From Parcubacteria group bacterium GW2011_GWA2_42_14 (GTDB lineage: Bacteria; Patescibacteriota; Minisyncoccia; Sungbacterales; GWA2-42-14), in NCBI GenBank assembly GCA_000998135.1, contig LCCV01000004.1, positions 21,681 through 85,680 on the forward strand: a stretch of DNA of 64,000 bases, read 5' to 3'. This document shows positions 50,315-60,227 of this stretch, one piece after another; position 1 is the first letter of the stretch; each line of letters starts with the position of its first letter. The position numbers were made by a program, and so were the translations under genes. The notes under the pieces were generated by a model. The model had not been told where the DNA came from, made no database searches, and saw nothing but the letters and a program-made list of their open reading frames with translations.

Positions 50315-51607
50315 TTATTTTAACACAGCCATATCAATAATTGGCCTAAATTTACCCAAATTAGATGGGTGCTCTAGGTGTCCAACTGTTTTTATTTGAA
50401 AACTTATTTCACTGCCGATGATAGAACGAAATACATTAGAAAGTTGTTGTTGGGCAGAATTATCAAATGACGGCTGTGGTATGATTCGTATTTCTAGGAA
50501 ATCCGTAGAAAGTTTAACGATTTGATATTGTAAAATCTTATTGCAAAATTTGTTGAATATTTCGGCAATTTCAAAATGGTGAATTTTTCTAGGTCCGATA
50601 TTTAAAAAAAGACCAAGCCGTCCATCTATTGTGAATCGTTCTGTTTCAAGGCCGCAGGGGCAGTTATTTTCTAAAATACGCCCGTAATCTCCGGTATCGT
50701 AGCGTATGAAAGGCATATTGTAGTTATTTAGGTCAGTTAGGATTATTCTTCCGCCTTTTTCCGGTGGTACTTGACGGCCGTTTTCATCCACTGTTTCCAA
50801 AATAAATGATTCGCTATTTAAATGAAAATCTTTATGATATTTACACTCAACGCCCACCGCCCCTAATTCTTCTAGTCCGTATTTATTATATAATTCACAT
50901 TGAAGCGTTTTTTCAATAAATACTCTTTGAGAGGAATGCAGCATTTCGCCGTATGATAGTGCGTATTTAAATTTAAGCTGGCTTCCAGGCCCCTTTTCCG
51001 TTATTAACCTGCTTAACTCTATTAATATAGATGGATAGCTTTGAATTATATCCGCATCATGTTGTCTTATAAGTGTTATGACACCCCCGGGGTTTTTAAG
51101 AAAATCCGCAACCGAAATAAAGAGCCGTTGGGGACTGGATGCGGGACTCATACGGATGTTTATTATTTTTGTTTTTCGTATAATATGAGTAAGTGGTATT
51201 CCTGTCCAGTATAAAAATCTTAGTGATAGAAAATCTGCATAAGCAGTTTGCGGCGAGAAAGAGGCGGGAATGAATTTGAAAGGTTCCCCTGTTGAGCCGG
51301 AAGTATGTTTCCATGGTAGCGTTTTTGATACCTCATTATTTATATAATATTCCTGCGGCTTATTCTTGAATACCCTTTTATTTATAATAGGGAGTTGTTT
51401 AAGAATATCAGAATTTGTTATATCCGTTAATTTTAAACCATTAGTATCCCATAAATCATGATATAAAGATATGTTTTTGTAAGCGTAAGCAGTGAGTTTT
51501 TGTAATTTTTTCTCCTGCCATTTTTTTATAACCCACTTTGGCATAGCGTGTATGTCTTTCCAAACCTCAAACCGCGCGCGTTCCATATTTTTTTCTAAGA
51601 TGTTCAT
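50315..51607 (-). CDS. Phenylacetate-CoA ligase / CapK-like adenylate-forming enzyme
   Basis: TSGSTGEP, YGLEE, MPFIRYDTGD, CPCG, GKFR. Confidence 0.88.
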   Translation of the reverse strand: MNILEKNMERARFEVWKDIHAMPKWVIKKWQEKKLQKLTAYAYKNISLYHDLWDTNGLKLTDITNSDILKQLPIINKRVFKNKPQEYYINNEVSKTLPWKHTSGSTGEPFKFIPASFSPQTAYADFLSLRFLYWTGIPLTHIIRKTKIINIRMSPASSPQRLFISVADFLKNPGGVITLIRQHDADIIQSYPSILIELSRLITEKGPGSQLKFKYALSYGEMLHSSQRVFIEKTLQCELYNKYGLEELGAVGVECKYHKDFHLNSESFILETVDENGRQVPPEKGGRIILTDLNNYNMPFIRYDTGDYGRILENNCPCGLETERFTIDGRLGLFLNIGPRKIHHFEIAEIFNKFCNKILQYQIVKLSTDFLEIRIIPQPSFDNSAQQQLSNVFRSIIGSEISFQIKTVGHLEHPSNLGKFRPIIDMAVLK

Positions 51608-51734
51608 AGGATGTTAAAATAAAAAAGTAAAAGTAATTGCGGCGCAATAAGGGTATTTTTGGAGTATTTAACAGCAGTTGACCGGTATGTTTAAAAAATA
51701 TTTGATAAAAAATATTTTTATCTATTCCCCCATC

Positions 51735-53048
51735 ATGACAGAATTTTCTCTGTTTATTCCGTCGCAATTAAAATTATTTGCCGGAGAATTGAATAGTGCC
51801 GTATGGAATTGGGCCGCTGCTGAATCTAGAAAATTTTTTGAAGATAGCGACTGGCAGGAATTGGTATTTATTAAGCTTAGAAACATACTTGTTCATGCCG
51901 GCAGAAATGTTCCGTACTGGCGGAGAATTTTTAGGGAAATCGGTTTTAATCCCCAAAAATTTAAAAACTTTGAAGATTTTCAAAAGTTGCCTGTTATTAC
52001 CAGAAAAAAACTAAAAAAAATTCCTATTGAAGAATTAATCGCAAAAAATATTTCAAAAAAATATTTTATACAAGCAGCTACTTCCGGTTCTACCGCCGAA
52101 CCGTTAAAATTTTTTCAAGACGGAAAGATAATTTTATTGCGCCGTCTGTTTCTTTTTTACGAATTAAATTATCCTAATTTTCGTGACGGTCCTTTTTTGT
52201 TAATTGGCCTTCAGACCATAAGGCATTTAAACGGATTGGGGTATCAAGTAGGCGGACATAAGTTGGAAGACGATAATTGGCGGATAAAGATTTTTTATCC
52301 GAACATCCGTTCTTTCCGTCCACGATACATTCTTTCCACCCCATCTTATTTAAAGAGATTTATTTTTTTTTGTCAACGAGATGGTTTTACGGTTGACAGA
52401 TTGGCCGGGGTTTTTTGTTATGGGGAACATTTTGGAGAAGAAGAGCGGCGAAGTGTTGAAGCATTCCTTGGTTGCCCTGCTTATGCTGTTTACGGTTCAC
52501 AAGAATGTTCGCTTATTGCCAGTCAATGCGCTAAATATAATTATCATGTAGCCCCCTGGATGAATTATGTTGAAATCATTGATGATAATGATAAACCGGT
52601 TTCTAGGGGTGTTTTAGGCAGAATTGTTATTACGTCACTTATGAATGAAACAATGCCTTTTATTCGTTATCAACTGGGGGATTTGGGCCGTTTAAGCAGC
52701 GGTAAGTGTTTATGCGGCAATTCGAGTCCAATTATTGAAATTGAGGGCAGGATTGTCGGTAATATAGAATTTTCTGATGGTACGGCCTTTCCATTATATC
52801 CCATATTGCAATATTTGGCAGATCATTATTCATCGGAAATTAAACAATTTCAGATTGAACAAATGTCTAAATTTCGGTTAATCTTTAGATACATCCCAAT
52901 GTATACCGGACAATCTTTAGATTTTGAGCGGGTGATGACAGAATACTTAAATTCCATAGTTAGGAATAGGATGGACATTAAGATGGAGGTCATTGATTAT
53001 ATTTTTCCGAACCAAAATGGAAAAACTCCTATATTTATAAAAAGATAA
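51735..53048 (+). CDS. Phenylacetate-CoA ligase / CapK-like adenylate-forming enzyme
   Basis: TSGSTAEP, YGSQE, MPFIRYQLGD, CLCG, NGK. Confidence 0.88.
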   Translation: MTEFSLFIPSQLKLFAGELNSAVWNWAAAESRKFFEDSDWQELVFIKLRNILVHAGRNVPYWRRIFREIGFNPQKFKNFEDFQKLPVITRKKLKKIPIEELIAKNISKKYFIQAATSGSTAEPLKFFQDGKIILLRRLFLFYELNYPNFRDGPFLLIGLQTIRHLNGLGYQVGGHKLEDDNWRIKIFYPNIRSFRPRYILSTPSYLKRFIFFCQRDGFTVDRLAGVFCYGEHFGEEERRSVEAFLGCPAYAVYGSQECSLIASQCAKYNYHVAPWMNYVEIIDDNDKPVSRGVLGRIVITSLMNETMPFIRYQLGDLGRLSSGKCLCGNSSPIIEIEGRIVGNIEFSDGTAFPLYPILQYLADHYSSEIKQFQIEQMSKFRLIFRYIPMYTGQSLDFERVMTEYLNSIVRNRMDIKMEVIDYIFPNQNGKTPIFIKR

Positions 53049-53059
53049 TTTTTTTGGAA

Positions 53060-53173
53060 ATGATTCAGGATAAAAATATAACGCCGGTGATAATTCTAGC
53101 CGCGGGCCGAGGCCGGCGGCTGATGCCGTTTACGGCGGACAGGCCGAAGTGTTTGGTGGCGGCTGGAAAGTAG
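53060..53173 (+). pseudogene. 5' stub of the nucleotidyltransferase gene at 55480
   Basis: MIQDKNITPVIILAAGRGRRLMPFTADRPKCLVAAGK*; 53099-53159 matches 55546-55606 at 58/61. Confidence 0.85.
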
Positions 53174-53248
53174 GGTTGGTGGCGATTGGCATAATAAAAG
53201 ATTTTTGGCTTTTTTGAATTTTGCTTTTGGTTGTGATAGAATAAAGCA

Positions 53249-54115
53249 ATGGATAAGCAAAACGGGTTAATAAGAAAACTAAAAGAGTATTTTGAAAAGC
53301 GCGATGACGTGGCGATGGCTTTTTTATTCGGGTCGCGGGCCGAAGATCGGCGGCATTCCGGTTCCGACTGGGATATTGCCGTATATTTTAAACCAGAGGT
53401 GGAACGAACCGAATGGGAAGAACATAACCGCGAGTACCCGGAAGAAACCCGTGTCTGGGGCGACTGTGTTGATATTTTAAAAACGGATAAAGTGGATTTG
53501 CTAGTGCTTAATCGGGCCCCAGCTACCATTGCCGATTCGGCCATACGCGGCGTCCCGTTAGTGGTAAAAGACCGCGGACTCTGGTTAGAGTTTATGCTTA
53601 TTATTACCAGCGCTGCTGAAGATTTGAGAGAATTTGCCCGTGATTATTACGAAATTTATATGCGCTCAAAATCTCTTACCTTGCGCGACGCGGAGAGATT
53701 AGGCAGAATTATTGAGTTTATTAATAATCAAATGACTCTTTATTCGGTTTTTCGCGAGCTTACTTTTGGAGAATACGAGAAGGATTTGATTAAACGCGGA
53801 GCGGCAGAGCGCTGGGTTGAGAATATGGTTAACTCGACAATGGATATTTCTAAAATAGTTCTTTCCTCCAGCAAAAAGCCCATGCCTTACGGCTATGCGG
53901 ACACGATTCGCGTTGCTCTGCTTTATTTAAACATTAATGATGGGTTTTGGCAAAAATTTTTGGATTGGGTTAAGCTCCGGAACGCTTTGGCTCACGAATA
54001 TACTGATATTAAGTGGAAGAAAATTGAAGATTTTGCCAAAACCAGCGAACCTTATTTTCAGACCTTAGTTAAATCAGCCCAAACATTTTTGGAAAGAGAA
54101 AGAGAAGGCGTTTAG
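53249..54115 (+). CDS. Fused MNT-HEPN (MntA-HepT-like) protein
   Basis: FLFGSRA...SDWDIAV in the N-half; RNALAHEY in the C-half; single frame. Confidence 0.85.
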   Translation: MDKQNGLIRKLKEYFEKRDDVAMAFLFGSRAEDRRHSGSDWDIAVYFKPEVERTEWEEHNREYPEETRVWGDCVDILKTDKVDLLVLNRAPATIADSAIRGVPLVVKDRGLWLEFMLIITSAAEDLREFARDYYEIYMRSKSLTLRDAERLGRIIEFINNQMTLYSVFRELTFGEYEKDLIKRGAAERWVENMVNSTMDISKIVLSSSKKPMPYGYADTIRVALLYLNINDGFWQKFLDWVKLRNALAHEYTDIKWKKIEDFAKTSEPYFQTLVKSAQTFLEREREGV

Positions 54116-54532
54116 CGTTAAAAATCCTCAATAAATCTCAATAAAATTTTTCATCCCGCCACTCTAGCCAAGGGCGGGATTTATCAAGTTTCATTGATAT
54201 TTTAATTTCGTCCGCAAGAATTCCCCGCGGCAAGCCGCGGGGATGAATTGCGGAGCACGAAATTAACCCAGCACCAAGTTTTTCGATAATCTTCTGATAA
54301 CGCAATTGCAAGCCGCAGGCGATTCCGTGAAATAAACAAGTGATTTAAGATAACCGTTTTCGAACTTTGGCGCTGGGTAATGAATATAAAATAAGATACC
54401 CCGCGTCGCTTGGCGCGGGGTGACAATAAATTCATTAAGCGAAGGCCGTCGTAAAAGAAGGGCGTAAAACGGCAGAAAGTGGATGATAGAGGGAGTTTGA
54501 CCAGGAATCAATAGGTATGATACAGTTTATAT

Positions 54533-54766
54533 ATGGTTATATTAACGCAAAAAAAACGTTTTAAATCACGCGAGCTTATTATTGATTTTGAAAGGTATCG
54601 CGGTCAACACGTGGCGATTTTTAATAATCGCGTAATCGGACGGGGCTCTTCCGCGACGGAGGCAATTAAGGAGGCTTTGCGTTTTTCTCCTCGCCTCGAG
54701 CGTTCTCAATTGATACTATTTTTCGTTCCTAAACAGCCGATTTTTATCTACTTTTTTCAAGCATGA
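54533..54766 (+). CDS. DUF5678-like small protein
   Basis: YRGQHVAI....VIGRG....EA; coupled to the protease by an ATGA overlap. Confidence 0.7.
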   Translation: MVILTQKKRFKSRELIIDFERYRGQHVAIFNNRVIGRGSSATEAIKEALRFSPRLERSQLILFFVPKQPIFIYFFQA

Positions 54767-55245
54767 CAAGTATGAAGGGAATAATTTATCCGTATCGTAT
54801 ACGGCTGCGCTATGATGGCGGCATTGAAACTTTGCCGCTTATTTTATCCAGAATTAAATATGAACGCGGCGAACCTTTGACTGTTCTTTGCCTTTTGGAT
54901 TCCGGCGCGCAGGTCTCATTGCTTTCTAAAGCTGACGCAGACGAACTTAATATTGTTTTGGCTGATGGAGAAAAAATGGTTGTGGGCGGGGTTGGTGGTG
55001 AAGAAATAATTGGCTATCGGCACAATATTACTATTGATATTGGGGGAGTATCGTTTAGCGCGCCTGCTGTTTTCGCGATACGTGACGATGTGCCAAGAGT
55101 GCTTGGACGAGATGGCGTCTTTAATAATTTTTTCATTATTTTTGATGAAAAACGGCGCCGCGCCGCGCTCTTAAAATATCAAGCGGCTGCGATTACCGTG
55201 ATGGAAAAAGAAATTTTTAGTCGATTACCGATTGAGCCGCTATGA
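54763..55245 (+). CDS. Retropepsin-like aspartyl protease
   Basis: LLDSGA, GGVGG, LGRD. Confidence 0.8.
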   Translation: MTSMKGIIYPYRIRLRYDGGIETLPLILSRIKYERGEPLTVLCLLDSGAQVSLLSKADADELNIVLADGEKMVVGGVGGEEIIGYRHNITIDIGGVSFSAPAVFAIRDDVPRVLGRDGVFNNFFIIFDEKRRRAALLKYQAAAITVMEKEIFSRLPIEPL

Positions 55246-55383
55246 GTTTTTTGATTCCCTAAAAGATTTTTCATCCCGCCCCTTATTTAATGGCGGGATT
55301 TATCAAATTTTACCGATGTTTTTATGGCCGGTCTATTAAGCAAATGTTAGTATTATTGCACTCGCGGATGGCGTTTCCTATAA

Positions 55384-55480
55384 TAGACCTGTTGCTTATT
55401 AAGATTTTAGCCGTTTTTTTAAAAAATTAGTGGCTTAAAATAAGGGTTTTTTGCATCAAATTTTCCCAAAAAATTATTAA
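55384..55480. mobile_element. Truncated MITE-like element (TAGACCTGTTGCTTA termini)
   Basis: 84 bp are the exact reverse complement of 41042-41125; both copies start with ATAGACCTGTTGCTTA. Confidence 0.75.
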
Positions 55481-56286
55481 TGCGGAACAAAGCCATGGTT
55501 TCAAAACCGGAAAAATCTAAGCATGATATACGCGTTTTAATCCTTGCCGCGGGCCGAGGCCGGCGGCTGATGCCTTATACGGCGGACAGGCCCAAGTGTT
55601 TGGTGGAGGTAGGTGGCCGGCCGATTTTATTTTATCAGCTGCGGGCTCTGGAAAAACACGGCATTAAAAACGTTGTTATAGTTGTCGGTTATCAGGCGGA
55701 AAAAATCAAAGATTATGTTCGCGATAATTTTTCCGGTTTAAAAGTTGAGTTTGTTTATAATCCTGATTACTTATCCACTAACGATATTTATTCATTGTAT
55801 CTGGCGCGTTCTTATTTGAATGACGGCGTTATTATTCTTGATTCCGATGTTTTGTTTCATTCGAAAATGCTTTCCGAATTATCAGAGTATCATTCCGGTC
55901 GAAGCGCTATTTGTGTCAGAGTCGGCAGCTGCGGAGACGAAGAAATGAAAGTGGGGGTTAATTCCAAAGGGATGGTCGTTCGCCTTAGTAAGGGCTTGCC
56001 GCCTGAAGAAACAGTTGGTGAGTCCATGGGAATATCTTTTTTTTCAGATAAATTTTCAAATTATCTCTCGCGTACCTTGGAAAAGATTATTGATATGGGC
56101 GGGATTCTTTTATATAGAGAGGCGGCAATTGAAAGAGTTATTTCTGAACATGCGGAACCATTGCATCTTTTGAATATAAGCCGGTATCCCGCTATTGAAA
56201 TTGATTTTCCGGAAGACATAGAAAGAGCCGAGAAAGAGATTTTGCCGCAAATAATTGGTGAATTTAAATTGACACAGTATAGATAA
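55480..56286 (+). CDS. Phosphocholine/sugar-phosphate cytidylyltransferase-like NTP transferase (alternative start 55495)
   Basis: LAAGRGRRL...PKCL, DSD, EEMKV, EIDFPED. Confidence 0.85.
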   Translation: MRNKAMVSKPEKSKHDIRVLILAAGRGRRLMPYTADRPKCLVEVGGRPILFYQLRALEKHGIKNVVIVVGYQAEKIKDYVRDNFSGLKVEFVYNPDYLSTNDIYSLYLARSYLNDGVIILDSDVLFHSKMLSELSEYHSGRSAICVRVGSCGDEEMKVGVNSKGMVVRLSKGLPPEETVGESMGISFFSDKFSNYLSRTLEKIIDMGGILLYREAAIERVISEHAEPLHLLNISRYPAIEIDFPEDIERAEKEILPQIIGEFKLTQYR

Positions 56287-56306
56287 TTATAGTAATGTGA
56301 AGACAT

Positions 56307-56537
56307 ATGACAACCAAAATCCTTATTTTAAAAGAAGCAAAGCTTTCGTTGCCCAAGTCGTGGCGTGGTTCTGAAATATTGATGCGGACGGAAGGCGATA
56401 TGCTGGTCGTAAAAAAAATCCTGAAGTCGCCGGGGCCGATTTTTGATGAGCCGGCAACACGGACCTTGGAATTGCTTGGAAGGCGCGTATCGGCCAAAAC
56501 CATCCGTGAGGCGGTACGTTGGGCCAGAAAGCGGTAA
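56307..56537 (+). CDS. AbrB-like antitoxin candidate
   Basis: LSLPKSWR...EGDMLVVKK; directly upstream of a PIN gene. Confidence 0.65.
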   Translation: MTTKILILKEAKLSLPKSWRGSEILMRTEGDMLVVKKILKSPGPIFDEPATRTLELLGRRVSAKTIREAVRWARKR

Positions 56538-56540
56538 TTT

Positions 56541-56963
56541 ATGCTGGTTGTGCTTGATACAAACGTTGTCGTTTCCGCGATTTTATGGAAAGGGCGCCTT
56601 GCTCCTTTATTTGAACTTCTTAACCGGCGCGTCCTCACGCCCTGTTTCAATCCAGAAACCGTTGCTGAACTTTTCCGCGTAGCAGACTATCCGCATATTT
56701 TTAAGCAGTCCCGGCGCATGGGCACTGATTTGAAATCTGTTTTTGCCCGAGTCGTTGAGGCGGGTATTGTGGTGGAGGACGTAAAAATTTCCGAAACGGT
56801 TCCGGATGATCCATCTGATGAAAAGTTTCTTGCCTGTGCCGTAGTAGCACGGGCAAATTTTATTATATCCGGAGACAGCCATTTGCTCCGCCTCGGAATG
56901 TTTCGCGATATTCCTATTCTTTCACCGAGAATGTTTTTGGCAATTTTTAAAAAGGAAATTTAA
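56541..56963 (+). CDS. PIN-domain toxin
   Basis: VVLDTNV, DPSDEKFL, IISGD.HLL. Confidence 0.9.
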   Translation: MLVVLDTNVVVSAILWKGRLAPLFELLNRRVLTPCFNPETVAELFRVADYPHIFKQSRRMGTDLKSVFARVVEAGIVVEDVKISETVPDDPSDEKFLACAVVARANFIISGDSHLLRLGMFRDIPILSPRMFLAIFKKEI

Positions 56964-57060
56964 AAGACAGAGTTTTGTATTAGAGACCTTTTGCAAAATA
57001 AGCTTTCGCGTTTTTATTGTCTGAGCTTGTCGAAGACATACTTTAATTTTATAAGATTTT

Positions 57061-58188
57061 ATGCTGAAATTTTACCCTTCGATGAAAATGAATGACCTCT
57101 TTTTAAATTTTAAGATCCTGCTGTCGTTTTGGGACATAATCAAGCGGCGGGATTTTATTTTGGGCAAGGCCGTCAAAGATTTTGAGAAGAAACTCGCGTT
57201 ATATCTTGAAGCGCCTTATGTTTTAGGAGTGGCCAGCTGCACCGACGCACTGATTCTATCCTTAAAGGCGCTTGGCATCGGGCATGGGGACGAAGTAATT
57301 GTTCCGGCCGTCAGTTTTTTTTCAACTGCCGGAGCGGTTTCCTGGGTTAACGCCAAACCGGTTTTTGTTGATATTGAAGAAAAAAGTTTTAATATCAACT
57401 CGGATTTAATTGAAAAAGTCATTATGCCAAAAACTAAAGCGATAATTGTTGCGCATCTTGCCGGTAGAATGGCAGCTCTGGAAAAAATTTCTGCTCTTAC
57501 AGGAAAGTATAATTTATATTTAATTGAAGACGCGGCTCAAACTCTCGGCGCTAAATATAAAAATCGCCATATCGGATATTACGCCGATTTGGCTTGTTTA
57601 AGTTTTAATCCCCAAAAAATTCTTTCGGCTTACGGCGACGGCGGAGCGATTGTGACCGGACAAACCGCACTGGCGGAAAAAATTTCTATGATGAGAATGT
57701 ACGGAGCTAACGGCTATAAAGAAGTAAGTTTTCGCCACCCGATTGCCGGTGTTTCCAGCCGATTAAGTTCTTTTCAGGCGGCCGTATTAAATATAAAACT
57801 TGACCAATTGAACAAAATTATTGAAAAATGGAGGAAAAATTATTTTTTGTACTCGGAACTTTTGAGGGGCGTTGACAGCATCGTTCTTCCGGAAACCCCT
57901 TCCGAGGACTATTACATTAACGGTTATCGTTTTATTATTTTAACAAAAAAAAGAGATGAATTGCTTAAATACCTAAGAGATAATAGGGTAGATGCGCGCA
58001 GCCACTATTCGGTTCCGCTTCCTTATCTTGGCGCGTTTGAGTATTTGAATTATAAAAAGGGTGATTTTCCGGTTGCCGAAAAATTTGCCGAAGAATCCCT
58101 GGCGCTTCCTTTAAGCCACAGGATATCGGAATCGGAAATGCGCCATATCGCTGATTTAATAAGGAAATTTTTTGAGGTTATCGAATAA
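57061..58188 (+). CDS. DegT/DnrJ/EryC1/StrS aminotransferase
   Basis: GDEVIVP, IEDAAQ, SFNPQKILSAYGDGG; true start may be 57082 or 57088. Confidence 0.93.
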   Translation: MLKFYPSMKMNDLFLNFKILLSFWDIIKRRDFILGKAVKDFEKKLALYLEAPYVLGVASCTDALILSLKALGIGHGDEVIVPAVSFFSTAGAVSWVNAKPVFVDIEEKSFNINSDLIEKVIMPKTKAIIVAHLAGRMAALEKISALTGKYNLYLIEDAAQTLGAKYKNRHIGYYADLACLSFNPQKILSAYGDGGAIVTGQTALAEKISMMRMYGANGYKEVSFRHPIAGVSSRLSSFQAAVLNIKLDQLNKIIEKWRKNYFLYSELLRGVDSIVLPETPSEDYYINGYRFIILTKKRDELLKYLRDNRVDARSHYSVPLPYLGAFEYLNYKKGDFPVAEKFAEESLALPLSHRISESEMRHIADLIRKFFEVIE

Positions 58189-58329
58189 TTTAGTTATTGC
58201 CTGAGCTTGTCGAAGGCATACAAATAAGAATTTATAAAATAAGGTAGTCCCTCGACTCCGCTCGGGGAATATTCAATAGTTTCTTTTGCTGTTTGACGCG
58301 TTTTAAATATTTTGTTAATATACGCATAT

Positions 58330-58593
58330 ATGGTTAAAATTATTTCGTTGGACAAAATAGAGAATAATTTGACTGGTTTTTTTGGAGGTTTGCAAAGAAA
58401 TTCTTATGTGGTGGTGAAAAAAAACGGCAAGACGATTGCCGGTATTATTAATGCCGAGGAAATGGAGGATTTTTTAGACGCGCGTGATTTGTCTCTGCAA
58501 AAACAAATTAGGCGAAGTTATCGGGAGTTTAAAGGCGGTAAAGCCAAGCCAGCGCGTATTCTTCTTCAAAAAATTACTGCAACAGGAAAATAA
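58330..58593 (+). CDS. Phd/YefM-like antitoxin
   Basis: VVKKNGKTIAGII..EE.E; abuts the toxin gene. Confidence 0.75.
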   Translation: MVKIISLDKIENNLTGFFGGLQRNSYVVVKKNGKTIAGIINAEEMEDFLDARDLSLQKQIRRSYREFKGGKAKPARILLQKITATGK

Positions 58594-58875
58594 ATGGCAA
58601 AGTATATTGTTTTAACAACTTCGCTTTTTGACCGAGAAGCCGGGAAACTCGCTAAATTCCATAGGAATATCACCGATGTTTTATCCTCGGTGATTTTTGT
58701 TTTGGAAAACGACCCTTTCAATAATTCACGGCATTATGATATTCGTAAACTAGAAAGCGTTAAACACGGAGAAGGTCAGTTTCGAATTCGCTTAGGACAA
58801 TGGCGGATCCGCTATGATGTGGAGGATGATAAGGTTATTCTTTATTCTTTTCGCGACCGTAAAGAAGGGTATTGA
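58594..58875 (+). CDS. RelE/ParE family toxin
   Basis: IRKL...FRIRLGQWRIRY...DRKEGY. Confidence 0.88.
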   Translation: MAKYIVLTTSLFDREAGKLAKFHRNITDVLSSVIFVLENDPFNNSRHYDIRKLESVKHGEGQFRIRLGQWRIRYDVEDDKVILYSFRDRKEGY

Positions 58876-58894
58876 AAATAGAGTTTGTTTATAC

Positions 58895-60214
58895 ATGGAA
58901 CAAAAATATTTGTTTGAAGAAAACCCGAATCCCAATGCCAAAATCGCTTTTGTAGTTTGGAACGCTAATGATTTTTATGTTTATAAGGATGTTTACAAGC
59001 ATCTTCCCGAGGCGGAAATTGTTGTTAGCGATACATTTTATAGCCCTATTTGGCAAAGAGGCGATGAACATATTACAGATTTAATTAATCTTTTGAAACG
59101 TCACGGCGTTAATTGGCGGGTTATAAGGCATCTTAATTTGAGCGATGAAAAGGAAAAAGAAATAATTGAAAATTTTTTCGCGAAATATGAAATAATTGTT
59201 GCTCTTCGATTATGGACGCCACTAGCAACAGCAATGTTCAATAGCTGGCTTTTTAAGAAAAAAAGCGTATTGATGAATTACGGAGCGGGCAAAGATATTA
59301 TTACCTTTGCTCCGTGGGTTGCCCACTTTAACATTGTATTGAGCGATGGACCGCGCGAGCATCATTATTTTAATCTTTTAAGCAATTCTTATATTGTTGG
59401 CGTGCCGAAGTATGATAATTGGTTTAGTCAGACAATTGATTCAGTTAAAATTGAACAAATAAAAAACCGTTTGGACCCCGCCAAAAAAACATTGTTGTAT
59501 CTTCCAACTCATAGCGCTTTTTCATCGCTTTATAAATTTAGTGATGCCGTCATATCTTTGGCGGATAAATATAATATTTTAATCAAGTTGCACTATTTAA
59601 ACTCCATTACTGAAGAAAATATTGTAAAAAAATTCAAAGAGCATAAAAAAATTTTTCTTTTTGATGAAAAGGATGACCTCTTACCATTATTTTGTCTTGC
59701 CGATGCTGTTTTAAGCGATTCGTCGTCAGCGTCGCTTGAAGCGATATTGGTGGATAAACCGTTGGTAATTCTTGACACCCAGGAAGATGAGAAAAACATG
59801 ACCGAGGAAAAAGAGTATAATGGATTATGGTATTCCTCCGGCCAGGTTTACTCTAAAAGCATTGAACAGCAGATTAAAAAGCCGGAAATGGCGGTTGGCG
59901 AAGTTGTTAAGAATCCCGAAGAAGTGGGGGTGGCTGTTGCAAGGTCCTTTGGAGCGGAACCCCGGTTTAAGGAGAATAGAAAAAGATTGCGCGATGAGCT
60001 TTTTTCTTACAACGACGGAAAATGCGGGGAACGCGCCGCTGGTGTCATTAGAAAATATCTTCATGGTGAAATAAAACCGGAGCCGCCGATGCTCGGCATG
60101 GCCATCCGCAGTTATTTTTCTTCTCAGGCCAAAGAATATCAATTGAAATTGCGTAAGAAAGAGAAAGAGATAGAGTGGTTGAAAGAAATAGCGGCAGGGC
60201 GTAAAAAGATTTAG
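58895..60214 (+). CDS. CDP-glycerol/ribitol phosphotransferase (TagF-like)
   Basis: [28 protein letters not shown]. Confidence 0.8.
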   Translation: MEQKYLFEENPNPNAKIAFVVWNANDFYVYKDVYKHLPEAEIVVSDTFYSPIWQRGDEHITDLINLLKRHGVNWRVIRHLNLSDEKEKEIIENFFAKYEIIVALRLWTPLATAMFNSWLFKKKSVLMNYGAGKDIITFAPWVAHFNIVLSDGPREHHYFNLLSNSYIVGVPKYDNWFSQTIDSVKIEQIKNRLDPAKKTLLYLPTHSAFSSLYKFSDAVISLADKYNILIKLHYLNSITEENIVKKFKEHKKIFLFDEKDDLLPLFCLADAVLSDSSSASLEAILVDKPLVILDTQEDEKNMTEEKEYNGLWYSSGQVYSKSIEQQIKKPEMAVGEVVKNPEEVGVAVARSFGAEPRFKENRKRLRDELFSYNDGKCGERAAGVIRKYLHGEIKPEPPMLGMAIRSYFSSQAKEYQLKLRKKEKEIEWLKEIAAGRKKI

Positions 60215-60227
60215 AAACAAAATTTAT

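Noticed and set aside
54202-54511. Two short minus-strand ORFs
   Set aside because: Built from CCCCGCG...CGCGGGG palindromic repeats (54222-54243, 54399-54420); probably non-coding
40394-58875. Prophage or large integrative element
   Set aside because: No integrase, transposase, structural or conjugation genes anywhere in the window
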